From: a virus
IMG/VR virus record: IMGVR_UViG_3300045988_136773
Reading direction: 5' to 3' (one strand)
DNA length: 64,000 bases
Below are positions 9,066-18,416 of this stretch, piece after piece. The notes under the pieces were generated by a model. That model made no database searches. It saw only the letters and a program-made list of their open reading frames with translations, and was not told the DNA's origin. Position 1 is the first letter of the stretch. Every line of letters starts with the position of its first letter. Made by a program: the position numbers and the translations under genes.

Positions 9066-9979
9066 TGCTGATTCAGGATGCAGGAAAGCAAATACTATCA
9101 AAAAATCCTGGAAAGATCTATATCTTCTGCGGCGATGACTATGGAATCAAGCATAAATATATTCGTATATTGAAGTCAATATATAAAGTTTCTATAGAGT
9201 GTGATACTGTCGAGGACGTAATCAAACGTTCTAAGACTAAATCGCTCTTACCAGAACCTCAGAAACTGTATATTGTTCGATATGATGATGGTTTTTTGAA
9301 TTCACTGAATGATGATTCTATAGCTGAACTATCGAATGTAAGTATCAATGGTACGCTTGTATGTATATATCAAAGTGACAAAGCGACTGCAAAGTGTATG
9401 AAATATCTTTCTGACTTTGCAGTTGAAATCAATCGTGTAAACAAAAATCTTGTGTATAAGTACATTTTGTCAGATTATCCAGATTTACCAGAATCAATTT
9501 TGCAGATAGTTGCTACATATACATATGATTATAGTACTGCATATCATGTATGTGCATGTATATCAAAATGTTCTATGATATCACAGTTTGATAGTGATAA
9601 TATTCAGCAAATTTTTCATTGTCAAAATGAAACAGATGACTTAGAGCTTCGTACTGCAATTGCATCTCGAAACTTTCGATACATCATGCAGCTAATTGAT
9701 ACATATCCGGGTGACTTGAATCAGGTGTTTTATATGATGCTGAGTACAATGCTTGAATTGGACAAACTTCATAAAAACAAGTTCTATAAATCACCTTATC
9801 GAAAATATGTTGACCGTTGGACTGATCTAGACATATATAATATGTTTACTAGCGTGTACTACAAATTATCTGATTTGCGGACTGACAATATCAATGTATA
9901 TGATACACTTGTGTATTTGATAGTGTTGACACAGTTTGAACACATTCCAGATTCCAATTTATTTTCTTGCGAGGTATAA
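9065..9979 (+). CDS. Clamp-loader delta subunit (HolA)-like
   Basis: IYIFCGDDYGIKHKYIRIL resembles the HolA N-terminus (vyLl.G.e..l). The 304 aa size and its position between the dnaX-like and holB-like genes agree. TAATG overlap with the upstream gene. Confidence 0.45.
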   Translation: MLIQDAGKQILSKNPGKIYIFCGDDYGIKHKYIRILKSIYKVSIECDTVEDVIKRSKTKSLLPEPQKLYIVRYDDGFLNSLNDDSIAELSNVSINGTLVCIYQSDKATAKCMKYLSDFAVEINRVNKNLVYKYILSDYPDLPESILQIVATYTYDYSTAYHVCACISKCSMISQFDSDNIQQIFHCQNETDDLELRTAIASRNFRYIMQLIDTYPGDLNQVFYMMLSTMLELDKLHKNKFYKSPYRKYVDRWTDLDIYNMFTSVYYKLSDLRTDNINVYDTLVYLIVLTQFEHIPDSNLFSCEV

Positions 9980-9980
9980 T

Positions 9981-11111
9981 ATGAATAAGAAAACTTTAAG
10001 CGAAATTCGGAGACATTTCTCTGAAGATGATGACCTGTTTACATTAAATACTGTGACTACGGCGTTTATCGATAGCGAGCATGCAGTTCGGTGCGTGAAT
10101 ACCAAAAGTGCATATACACTATCTGAACCGGAGTACTCCTGTATCATTAAGGCATTGAAGAGATCAATCAGAGGGTCCATTGGTAAGAATCTGCATGAGT
10201 ATCCATTTTTAGATCCTGTAAAAGATTCTGATCCTGTTGTAACCAACATTCGGTCACTTGTAAACACTAAACTGCTGGATACAGACGCTGTATCTGAGTT
10301 TCTTTCAAACGTAGCAGAAAACGGTATGCTGATGTCAACTTATGCAGTTCTGATTGGTCATTGTACATACACAGTGTTCCATAAGCATAAAGATGATACC
10401 GAAAACGAATCAGATTATTCAGATTTCAATTTTATTGTTACTGCATTTTGTCCCGTAGAACTTCGAGAAGATGGTCTGATTTATAATGAGTCTGATAACA
10501 CAATTGAAAAGAAAAATGCTTATGACAGAATTGTATCTCAGACACCTACAGACGGTTTCATGTATCCTGTGTTTACAGATCGAAGCGCAGACGTAAATCA
10601 TATTATCTATATGACAAGTAAGCCATCTGAGATCAATACGAATCTTGTAAGTCAAGTATTGCATTGTAAGTGCGGAATCCCATATGTGATGCAGAGATCT
10701 ATTTTCAGCGAAATGCTTGATAATATACTTGATGAGCATTTGACTTATTCTGTATGGCTTGATGTTGTAAATCGTATTAATGTTCTTGCAGCTGAGCATG
10801 AACATGATTCATCCCCATTTGTGCTTGACGCGTTTACAATGAAGTCTATTTTATCAGAATTAAATATGCCACAGACTATTATTGACCGTGTGGATGAATT
10901 ATTTGAATGTTATTGCGTATCTGACAATATTTTAGTGTCAAATCTTACAGACAAGAAACTTGCAATTAAGACAGGTAGAGCTGATATTGCATTGAGCATG
11001 GGTAATTGCGATACGCTTCATACATATCACAAAGACGGTAGAAAATATATTTTGATCGATGTTGATGGTGCAGAAATCAATGTCAACGGTCAAGTTGTAG
11101 ATATCAGGTGA
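9981..11111 (+). CDS. hypothetical protein (376 aa) embedded in the clamp-loader operon
   Basis: ATG 9981 lies 2 nt after the upstream stop. The listed start at 9936 would overlap the upstream gene. No motif recognised with confidence. Confidence 0.55.
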   Translation: MNKKTLSEIRRHFSEDDDLFTLNTVTTAFIDSEHAVRCVNTKSAYTLSEPEYSCIIKALKRSIRGSIGKNLHEYPFLDPVKDSDPVVTNIRSLVNTKLLDTDAVSEFLSNVAENGMLMSTYAVLIGHCTYTVFHKHKDDTENESDYSDFNFIVTAFCPVELREDGLIYNESDNTIEKKNAYDRIVSQTPTDGFMYPVFTDRSADVNHIIYMTSKPSEINTNLVSQVLHCKCGIPYVMQRSIFSEMLDNILDEHLTYSVWLDVVNRINVLAAEHEHDSSPFVLDAFTMKSILSELNMPQTIIDRVDELFECYCVSDNILVSNLTDKKLAIKTGRADIALSMGNCDTLHTYHKDGRKYILIDVDGAEINVNGQVVDIR

Positions 11112-11116
11112 TAACT

Positions 11117-11887
11117 ATGGTACTATCCTGCCAATCTGCTGTACTGAGCCAATTGCAAACTTATGCAGACTCTAACATTCACAGCATTTTGATATGCAGC
11201 CCATATAGCTGCGGAAAGACCTATATGGCAAAGCAATATTCTAATATGATTCACACAGACGATTTCAAGGTAGTTCAACCTAAAATGTCTGAGGTAAAGG
11301 AAACTGTAGATTATTGCAGACAACTAGCAACTAGTATTACTATATGTTTTGAGAACATAGATGCTGGAGTGATAGGTGTTTCAAATGCGGTTTTGAAGCT
11401 GTTAGAGGAACCTCCTAAAAATGTATATATCATAGTGACTTGTAAAAATGTATCAAATGTACTACCAACTATCATAAGCAGATGTATGGTCACAGAGTGT
11501 ACAGCACCAACAACAAATGATGTCAAGATTTATGCAGATAGTATAGACTTTGACATTCGTAGTTGTTCATCAATTCGAGGGTGCTTGCATGACTTTCGTG
11601 ATGTTGATATAGCGTCGAAATTTACACAAGTTCAACTAGATCATTTTTCAGACATTATGAATTGTATGTATTCTAGTGATTCTGTATCTACTAAGATGTG
11701 GAAGATGCAAAAGTTTCCGGATGGGACTCAGATACCGATTGATTTTCTGCTAAACTATATCGTAACTACGGTATCAAATCCAACAATAAAACGGATTGGG
11801 TACAACTGCATACGAGATTTAGCATCTGGAAAAATCCCTTCGCATGTTATACTTGCAAAATTTTTGTTTGATATTTCTATGATTTAA
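11117..11887 (+). CDS. holB: Clamp-loader delta-prime subunit (HolB)-like AAA+
   Basis: ILICSPYSCGKTYMAK (degenerate P-loop), LKLLEEPPKNVYIIVTC and LPTIISRCMV (the HolB LLKTLEEPP...TI.SRC signature). AGGTGA RBS before ATG 11117. Confidence 0.75.
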   Translation: MVLSCQSAVLSQLQTYADSNIHSILICSPYSCGKTYMAKQYSNMIHTDDFKVVQPKMSEVKETVDYCRQLATSITICFENIDAGVIGVSNAVLKLLEEPPKNVYIIVTCKNVSNVLPTIISRCMVTECTAPTTNDVKIYADSIDFDIRSCSSIRGCLHDFRDVDIASKFTQVQLDHFSDIMNCMYSSDSVSTKMWKMQKFPDGTQIPIDFLLNYIVTTVSNPTIKRIGYNCIRDLASGKIPSHVILAKFLFDISMI

Positions 11888-11892
11888 CCATT

Positions 11893-11922
11893 GTGGGTAT
11901 CCGTTTGGATACTCACTTTTTT
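11893..11922 (+). terminator. Rho-independent terminator ending the replication module
   Basis: GTGGGTATCC-GTTT-GGATACTCAC hairpin (one G.U pair) followed by T6. Confidence 0.7.
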
Positions 11923-11925
11923 CGT

Positions 11926-11937
11926 AACCTTATATAG
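11926..11937 (+). promoter_or_regulatory. Copy 1 of the recurrent motif (AACCTTATATAG), candidate phage-specific promoter
   Basis: It lies 3 nt after the terminator T-run and 35 nt before ATG 11973. Confidence 0.35.
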
Positions 11938-11972
11938 CATAGATGTATTAATTCTTTCGAGGAGGGACAACT

Positions 11973-12269
11973 ATGATTGCACCAAAAGATTTAAGTACAC
12001 TGTTATCTGCATCTGAGGCATTGAAATCTGCAAAAGAATCTGTAGATTCTCGTTTAGAATGTGCTGTTGCACGAGCGATAAACTATGCAGCAAATACAAG
12101 CGACGATGGAAATATTGTAGCAGATTGGAATCAACCGCTCACAGATGCTTTAATTACAAAGCTAGAATCATTAGGCTATACTGTAAAGCACAAGCTAGAC
12201 GCATATGGTAATCAGATTCAGAATTTTTATGTAATTTCGGCGTATAGTGGTGATGCACATGAATCATGA
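11973..12269 (+). CDS. hypothetical protein (98 aa)
   Basis: GAGGAGGG RBS and first ORF after the terminator. Confidence 0.55.
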   Translation: MIAPKDLSTLLSASEALKSAKESVDSRLECAVARAINYAANTSDDGNIVADWNQPLTDALITKLESLGYTVKHKLDAYGNQIQNFYVISAYSGDAHES

Positions 12270-12657
12270 GTATAACCGTTTTGATTTATATCCGTACTAT
12301 GACGCATTATCTAATACCACTGTAATCAATAAAAACGGGATTGAATTTTATATATGGCTGAAACTTCCAGATGATACATGTAATCAACTATCACTATTTG
12401 AGGTTATTGATTTCAATTATGCATCTGGTCCAAAGAATATAGACTTTTCTACAAAACTGTTTCGAGAAAACCATCGTCCTTGGATTCGTTTAGAGTCATC
12501 TATGCTGAATCTTGACGTTGGATATCACATTTTCAGATTTCGTTTCGTAGATATTGATCTAGATGACTATATATCTTTCTATTTTTCATATGTGGTACAA
12601 GATGACAATCCAGATAAGCCATATATGTATATGACACGAGATGAGGTGATTTCGTGA
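12247..12657 (+). CDS. hypothetical protein (~132-136 aa; start ambiguous among 12247, 12253 and 12259)
   Basis: Co-directional ORF that overlaps the upstream stop. Confidence 0.5.
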   Translation: MVMHMNHEYNRFDLYPYYDALSNTTVINKNGIEFYIWLKLPDDTCNQLSLFEVIDFNYASGPKNIDFSTKLFRENHRPWIRLESSMLNLDVGYHIFRFRFVDIDLDDYISFYFSYVVQDDNPDKPYMYMTRDEVIS

Positions 12658-13361
12658 TATCTATTTATGCTTCAAAAATGTTCAAATCTAGCAAGCACCA
12701 AGAAAAAGTGCTTGCAGCATTATGTGCATTTGAAAACGCTGAGCTTGTTAAGCAACTTGAAGAGTATTTGGATGATGAATACAAGCCTATGGACGATTGT
12801 AAACCATCTGAATCAGATGACACAAGTTCTGACAATGCTGTAAATCATGACAAACCTGAATCCACAAATCCATCTCCTATTAGACCTGTATCTAAAAAAT
12901 CTAATTTGAGTTCTAAAATCTCAGATTTAGATAGTGAGTTGAATCCAGATTCTGAAGATGATTCTGGCCCCGCATCTGATACTGCTGTAGAAGATTCATC
13001 TATAGATTCAAGTTCTATTACATCTCAAAAATCTGTAACTGCAAATACTACATTACAGAATCCACTTATTGTGACTCAAAACTTGTACAGCAGTCTTGTT
13101 GGTGAATTGAAAGGTACACTCAATGCACGATCCGAAACATCCGGTGTATCACGAATTGCTATAAAGTCAGAAGAACTATGGATTTATTATAATGATGATG
13201 TAAATCTAAATTCTATGATGCCAAATGTCATCGACGTTCTAAATGCGGCTAACTATTACTACTTGGTATTTAATCGACTTGCAAGAACAGATAATGCTAT
13301 TGTATTTGACTTAACAACTACAGATACAAATAATTCTGTGGATGGTGTACAGAATGACTGA
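12654..13361 (+). CDS. hypothetical protein with a long acidic Ser/Asp-rich linker (235 aa)
   Basis: GTGA overlap with the upstream gene. The central region is low-complexity (SESDDTSSDN...DSEDDSGPASDTAVEDSSIDSSS). Confidence 0.5.
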   Translation: MISIYASKMFKSSKHQEKVLAALCAFENAELVKQLEEYLDDEYKPMDDCKPSESDDTSSDNAVNHDKPESTNPSPIRPVSKKSNLSSKISDLDSELNPDSEDDSGPASDTAVEDSSIDSSSITSQKSVTANTTLQNPLIVTQNLYSSLVGELKGTLNARSETSGVSRIAIKSEELWIYYNDDVNLNSMMPNVIDVLNAANYYYLVFNRLARTDNAIVFDLTTTDTNNSVDGVQND

Positions 13362-13674
13362 TAAATCACTTCCACTTGTAGAAGATATCGATTTTCATTA
13401 CTTACTAGGTTTGCTTCCTCCACTTGAAAACATTCCGGAATTTGCATGGCTACCAGAGTTATTTTCAATTATTGGGGCAGAAAGTCTGATAACTTTATCA
13501 AAATATGCAGGTGGAGAAACTATTAAGATTCCTACCATAGCACAATTATCAAACAGTATTTTAGCATTACAGTATTTTTACGATTGCTATATATCAAATA
13601 AGATCCAGGCATCTGAAATACCAGATTCTATGCACAGTACCGTTGCAAAAATAAAGGAAATATACGATGCTTGA
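13354..13674 (+). CDS. Mor-like transcriptional activator candidate
   Basis: LFSIIGAESLITLSKYAGGETIKIPT resembles the Mor-family signature (iG.e.a..L...fGG..iyIP). Confidence 0.4.
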   Translation: MTDKSLPLVEDIDFHYLLGLLPPLENIPEFAWLPELFSIIGAESLITLSKYAGGETIKIPTIAQLSNSILALQYFYDCYISNKIQASEIPDSMHSTVAKIKEIYDA

Positions 13675-13873
13675 AACAATATCTGAAATGACGAAGTCCG
13701 ATGCGATTCCATTTTACGATTATTATTCTAAGTATATGTCAGATGTGCAAGACAGCGATATAGATTTAGAGTTACATCGACTTCAAACAGTTAATAATCT
13801 TACAACTAATTCTATGATACAACTTGTAAATAGAATGGTTTTTGGTGGTGATGAAAATGATCCCTGCATCTAA
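13667..13873 (+). CDS. hypothetical protein (68 aa)
   Basis: Overlaps the upstream stop and is co-directional. Confidence 0.45.
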   Translation: MLETISEMTKSDAIPFYDYYSKYMSDVQDSDIDLELHRLQTVNNLTTNSMIQLVNRMVFGGDENDPCI

Positions 13874-14165
13874 ATTACAAAATAGTTATGTGAGCATATA
13901 TGCTTGCATGCGTAATTATATTTGGGATTTTCAAACAGTTGAAGCTCTTGCAGATTTAGAGATTGAAACCTATAAGAGATTTCCTAATCTTGATGTACTT
14001 GCTAGTGATTTTATAAAGTTGAAATCTCTGGTTGGATCAACAGATGTATATCACGATGACGATGAGTTTCAAAAAAGTTTTGAAAAATATGAGAATCTTT
14101 TAAATGATACTGATTCTATATATGCAAATCTGAAAACTTTCAGAAAGGTGGTAGTTGTAGCATGA
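13857..14165 (+). CDS. hypothetical protein (~102 aa)
   Basis: GGTGGTGA RBS before ATG 13857. Confidence 0.45.
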   Translation: MIPASKLQNSYVSIYACMRNYIWDFQTVEALADLEIETYKRFPNLDVLASDFIKLKSLVGSTDVYHDDDEFQKSFEKYENLLNDTDSIYANLKTFRKVVVVA

Positions 14166-14359
14166 GTATTAAGGTGAAAAAGACAAAGAAGCAGACTATT
14201 TCAGCGTCAAAATCTACTAAAAACTCAGGCAAATACACTGATGCGACAGATTCTATTACTGCTGCTATCTATGCACTCGGTGATAGTGCAAAATCTGGTG
14301 ATATTCTTGCACGAGAATCTATTGCAAATTTAAGTGTTATTTTGTTTGAACTTCAGTAA
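14162..14359 (+). CDS. hypothetical small basic protein (65 aa)
   Basis: ATGA overlap with the upstream gene. Confidence 0.45.
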   Translation: MSIKVKKTKKQTISASKSTKNSGKYTDATDSITAAIYALGDSAKSGDILARESIANLSVILFELQ

Positions 14360-14366
14360 CTGACTG

Positions 14367-14897
14367 GTGGTGAATACATTGAGCATCAAAACCGTTGATG
14401 ACAATACTGTTCTGAATCCGCTGTATCAACGACAGAAAGAGGATGTGTGCAAAATGCGTACATCCTTATTGGCATGTACAGATGCCAATGGTGGATCTAC
14501 TAGACAGGCGCTTCAAAATATAACCGCTATGCGTGTATATCACCAGCTTATGAGGATCATTCGATACACAGAACTTATGGACAAGCTAGAGGATAAATTG
14601 TATAGTTGCATCGATTCTGCAATTGATTCTGCATCCAGTTCTGATCCTACAACGTGGATGATGCTTCTAAAAATACAAGAGAAACTACAGAAAAGTATGA
14701 TTGAATCTCATAAGTTGCTACAGCCATATCTTGATATTAAAGAATTTACTGTAGTAGAGCTTGCTCCAGACGATACAGATAGTTCAAAATCTGATAGTTT
14801 GCTGAGCCCAGAAGAGCGAGATAGTGTACGTTCAAAGGCACAATCACTCATGCTAGAATTAAAGAATCTAGATGCAGGCGGTGATTCAGATGGATGA
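14367..14897 (+). CDS. hypothetical protein; small terminase subunit candidate by position only
   Basis: It lies immediately upstream of, and overlaps, the large terminase gene. No motif recognised. Confidence 0.3.
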   Translation: MVNTLSIKTVDDNTVLNPLYQRQKEDVCKMRTSLLACTDANGGSTRQALQNITAMRVYHQLMRIIRYTELMDKLEDKLYSCIDSAIDSASSSDPTTWMMLLKIQEKLQKSMIESHKLLQPYLDIKEFTVVELAPDDTDSSKSDSLLSPEERDSVRSKAQSLMLELKNLDAGGDSDG

Positions 14898-16812
14898 TGT
14901 CGCTTGTAATGATATTTTAGATCGTATTCGCGGAATATACTCTAGTTCTACACCAGAGGAAAAATCATATTTGCGTAAAATATTGGAGGAAATATCCGAT
15001 ACCGGATATTCTCCAACATATGAGCAAATTTGGTTAGAGGATTTCAAAGAGATTCCTGTTACAATTGATACTTTTATAGAATCCGAAACGTATCTTGGAA
15101 AAACCAATAGATGCGGTAAAGCAGTATATCCATTTTGGAGAAAAGAACTTCGGCGGATGTTTGACGCTGGAAACAAGTATCATGAATGGGTTTTAACTGG
15201 TGCTACTCGTATCGGTAAATCATCCACAGCGATTACAGGTACAGCATACATGCTATATCGATTAATGTGTTTGAGAGATCCACAAAAATTCTTTGGTAAG
15301 AAAGATATTTCTAAATTTTCGATTCTGTTTTTTAACATTACAAAGGATCTTGCAAAGGGTGTAGCATTCCGTGAGTTCAACGATACGTTGAAAGCCAGTC
15401 CATGGTTTAACGCTCATGGTACATTTTCAAGAAGTGATAGAGATTTCTACTATATCCCAGAGGGTGGAAAAATTGTAATCGATTATGGTTCTGATGCGTC
15501 ACATGCACTTGGTCAGCAGGTTTTTGTTGGATTTTGCGATGAAATAAACTTCTCACAGGCTGGCGTAAAGGATGTAAACAAAGCAAAAGCACACATGCGA
15601 GAGACCTATAATACGATATCAGCTCGTGTGAAAGGCACGTTCAAACATGGCGGTGAAGTTTTCGGAAAACTGTTTGCTGTCAGTTCCAAACGTAGTGATA
15701 GCGACTTCATGGAGTCCTATGTACAAGAGCAGTTAGCTGCTGGGGCAGGAGATCATATGATGATAACTGACGCTCCACAGTGGGAAGTATTGCCACCAGA
15801 AACATTCTCAAAAGAAAAATTCTACATTGCTGTAGGGGATAGGCATCATCGAGGATTTGTTATACCAGACAATCAATGCTTTCCAGAAGCATTAGATGAT
15901 TTAAAGCAACAAGGGTATACCATTTTAACACCACCTGTTGATATGAGATCTGATTTTCTAGCAGATTTTGAAATTGCACTACGAGATTTAGCTGGTATTG
16001 CAAACGTCGGAGCATTGTCATTTATTACACAGGAATCTTTAACCTTGTGTATAAATAAGAATCGAAGAAATCCATTTTATAATGATATTCTTCAAATTGG
16101 TGTACATGATGCTTACACCATCGAAGAGTTTTTTCATGAAGATGCTGTTCTCCCAGAATTCAAGCATACATCTATCTATATTCATCTTGACTTGTCATTG
16201 AATGGAGATAGAACTGGTATATCTGGATGTGGTATTACAAACAGAAAAGATGTTACTGGAAAAGACGGTAGTAGAGTGTCACTCCCATTTTTAACACATA
16301 TGTTCTCTGTCGCAATTGAGGCACCAAGAGGAGATAAAATTCCATATAGTAAGATACTTGCTTTTATATGTTGGCTTAGAGATCGTGGCTACGATATTCC
16401 TATTGTATCTCGTGACCAGTTTCAGAGTGAATACATAGGTCAACAGTTGGAACAAGAGGGATTTGATTCTCCCAAAATATCATTAGATAGAACACCAGAC
16501 GGCTATATAGCACTTCGAGACATTTTGATAGATCAAAGAGTCGATATGTTAGACAGTACTCTCTTACAAGATGAACTTGTACATCTACAAAGAGATAGTG
16601 TTACAGGAAAGGTGGACCACCCGGTTGGTGGAGGAAAGGATCTGGCCGATTCCTTTGCCGGATGCATTTGGGACGCTATCTTACAGAATCCTGGAACATC
16701 TATTCCTATTCAATCTATTGGACCAGCAATTCTTGGTGTAAATAAATCTAACCGATCTAATCATTACGGCAACTCGGTAATGAGTACGCTTGCAAGCATG
16801 TATAAAAGATAA
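14890..16812 (+). CDS. terL: Terminase large subunit (T4 gp17-like)
   Basis: Walker A-like LTGATRIGKSS, Walker B FVGFCDEINF, and nuclease aspartates in IYIHLDLSLNGDRTGISG. About 640 aa. Confidence 0.8.
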   Translation: MDDVACNDILDRIRGIYSSSTPEEKSYLRKILEEISDTGYSPTYEQIWLEDFKEIPVTIDTFIESETYLGKTNRCGKAVYPFWRKELRRMFDAGNKYHEWVLTGATRIGKSSTAITGTAYMLYRLMCLRDPQKFFGKKDISKFSILFFNITKDLAKGVAFREFNDTLKASPWFNAHGTFSRSDRDFYYIPEGGKIVIDYGSDASHALGQQVFVGFCDEINFSQAGVKDVNKAKAHMRETYNTISARVKGTFKHGGEVFGKLFAVSSKRSDSDFMESYVQEQLAAGAGDHMMITDAPQWEVLPPETFSKEKFYIAVGDRHHRGFVIPDNQCFPEALDDLKQQGYTILTPPVDMRSDFLADFEIALRDLAGIANVGALSFITQESLTLCINKNRRNPFYNDILQIGVHDAYTIEEFFHEDAVLPEFKHTSIYIHLDLSLNGDRTGISGCGITNRKDVTGKDGSRVSLPFLTHMFSVAIEAPRGDKIPYSKILAFICWLRDRGYDIPIVSRDQFQSEYIGQQLEQEGFDSPKISLDRTPDGYIALRDILIDQRVDMLDSTLLQDELVHLQRDSVTGKVDHPVGGGKDLADSFAGCIWDAILQNPGTSIPIQSIGPAILGVNKSNRSNHYGNSVMSTLASMYKR

Positions 16813-16835
16813 TATTTTCTGAAAGGTGAATGACT

Positions 16836-18404
16836 ATGTATAAGAGAAACCTTCTCAAACCTGGAGATTATGTATTAGCTGTTCCAGTCGGCTTACATTT
16901 GACACTAGAGTATAATACATCCGGAAATCTAGCTCGTGTATATAAGGGCTTTAATTTAGATAAGCAAGATGTTACATCAAAACTGATGATGCCTTTACTT
17001 GCTAGCAATACTGTTCCAGGGAAGATTCATATTACATCTGGAAAAACATGGGTAACAGGTGTTTTATATACTGGAACTCAGTTTTCTGCATCTGGGGATC
17101 TTCCACAGGCTGTGTATGATTCACTTGTTGATTCATATTTGAAATACCCAGACAAGTTTAACTTTTTCGCTGCTACTGCCGAAAGTACAATTGTACCATT
17201 AAAGGGTGCAAATCAAATGCGTTCTACATTAATGATAGATAATTTTCATTTGTTGCCAGCATGGGTTGCACCTGCAAATGTATCAGATGATGCATTCACA
17301 AAGTGGATTAATAGCGATAGATTTCCATTCAATGATCCGATTATATCTGACTGTATTATTTTTAGAGGATCAGATATTTTATATGAGTCTTTACAATTGA
17401 AACAATTCACTGTGGATCATATCGAAAAATATGTGGATGATAATGGGTACATTAAAGCAAGAGTATATAATACTGATAATAATGTCCCGATAGCATACGA
17501 TTATTCCGACATTGTACGATGGAGCATTGGTACAAACTCCTTATTGGTGTTGGATTCTGATAATCAGCCAGTGCATTCAAAGTATATTGGTAGATGGAAG
17601 GCTGAAAAAAGAAGCAATACGCTAACTTGCTCATTTTGTGGAAAAGCTTTTTCTGTACCATCTAGTGGATATGTACAATGTTCTGATCCACATTGTACGT
17701 CTAAACTACTGAGCAAAGTCACACACTTTCTTTCAGTTCTCCGGATGGATGTTCCGAAGAGTACAACGATTCTTGCTTTGATAAAAAGTCACACCTTGAC
17801 TTGTATTCCAGATTTATTTCTTTTGGACACTTATGCAAATAAAAGGGTAGAGACCACACTTGCATGCATTTTACGAGCATTTATTCCTGTAAAGCTCATT
17901 ACAAATGATGATGTGTTTACATTGTTTGCAAACGCTTGCAATAACAATATTAAAACATTCCTCTATTATGCCCAGAATACAGATTGTATAGCATCTGATC
18001 TAGGTATAAAGCATCCGGATCTAAATAAATTGATAATGTGGTTCCATGATCCTTGTAATCTATCTGATCTTACCACTGTTGTCACGAGTGTACAAATTAT
18101 TTTTCATAACCAGGACAAGCGATTCAATGGAGCACCTATTTTCCGAGGTAAAACAATTTGTCTGACAGGCGATTTTGTGCATGGTAGTATCACAGATGTA
18201 TCAGCTATTCTAAGTAGTTATGCTGCACACGTCACCACACACTTTACATCTGACGTAGATTGTGTAATTACCGGATCTGTTCGAGAGAATATTGATAGCA
18301 AAGTTGTATCAAGTGCTAGATCCTATAATATTCCTATATTTGACGAAACCTCATTCTTTGCTGAATATGAAATAGATACAGATTTGCAATCTGTAATGTC
18401 ATAA
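16836..18404 (+). CDS. NAD-dependent DNA ligase (LigA)-like protein that lacks the KxDG adenylation motif
   Basis: LigA-type Zn finger CSFCGKAFSVPSSGYVQCSDPHC, followed by HFLSVLRMDV (HhH region) and a C-terminal BRCT-like block GKTICLTGDF...VDCVITGS...IPIFDE. The motif I position reads VPVGLHLTLEY where LigA has PKIDGLAISLRY. Confidence 0.6.
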   Translation: MYKRNLLKPGDYVLAVPVGLHLTLEYNTSGNLARVYKGFNLDKQDVTSKLMMPLLASNTVPGKIHITSGKTWVTGVLYTGTQFSASGDLPQAVYDSLVDSYLKYPDKFNFFAATAESTIVPLKGANQMRSTLMIDNFHLLPAWVAPANVSDDAFTKWINSDRFPFNDPIISDCIIFRGSDILYESLQLKQFTVDHIEKYVDDNGYIKARVYNTDNNVPIAYDYSDIVRWSIGTNSLLVLDSDNQPVHSKYIGRWKAEKRSNTLTCSFCGKAFSVPSSGYVQCSDPHCTSKLLSKVTHFLSVLRMDVPKSTTILALIKSHTLTCIPDLFLLDTYANKRVETTLACILRAFIPVKLITNDDVFTLFANACNNNIKTFLYYAQNTDCIASDLGIKHPDLNKLIMWFHDPCNLSDLTTVVTSVQIIFHNQDKRFNGAPIFRGKTICLTGDFVHGSITDVSAILSSYAAHVTTHFTSDVDCVITGSVRENIDSKVVSSARSYNIPIFDETSFFAEYEIDTDLQSVMS

Positions 18405-18416
18405 TGGGGTGATACC

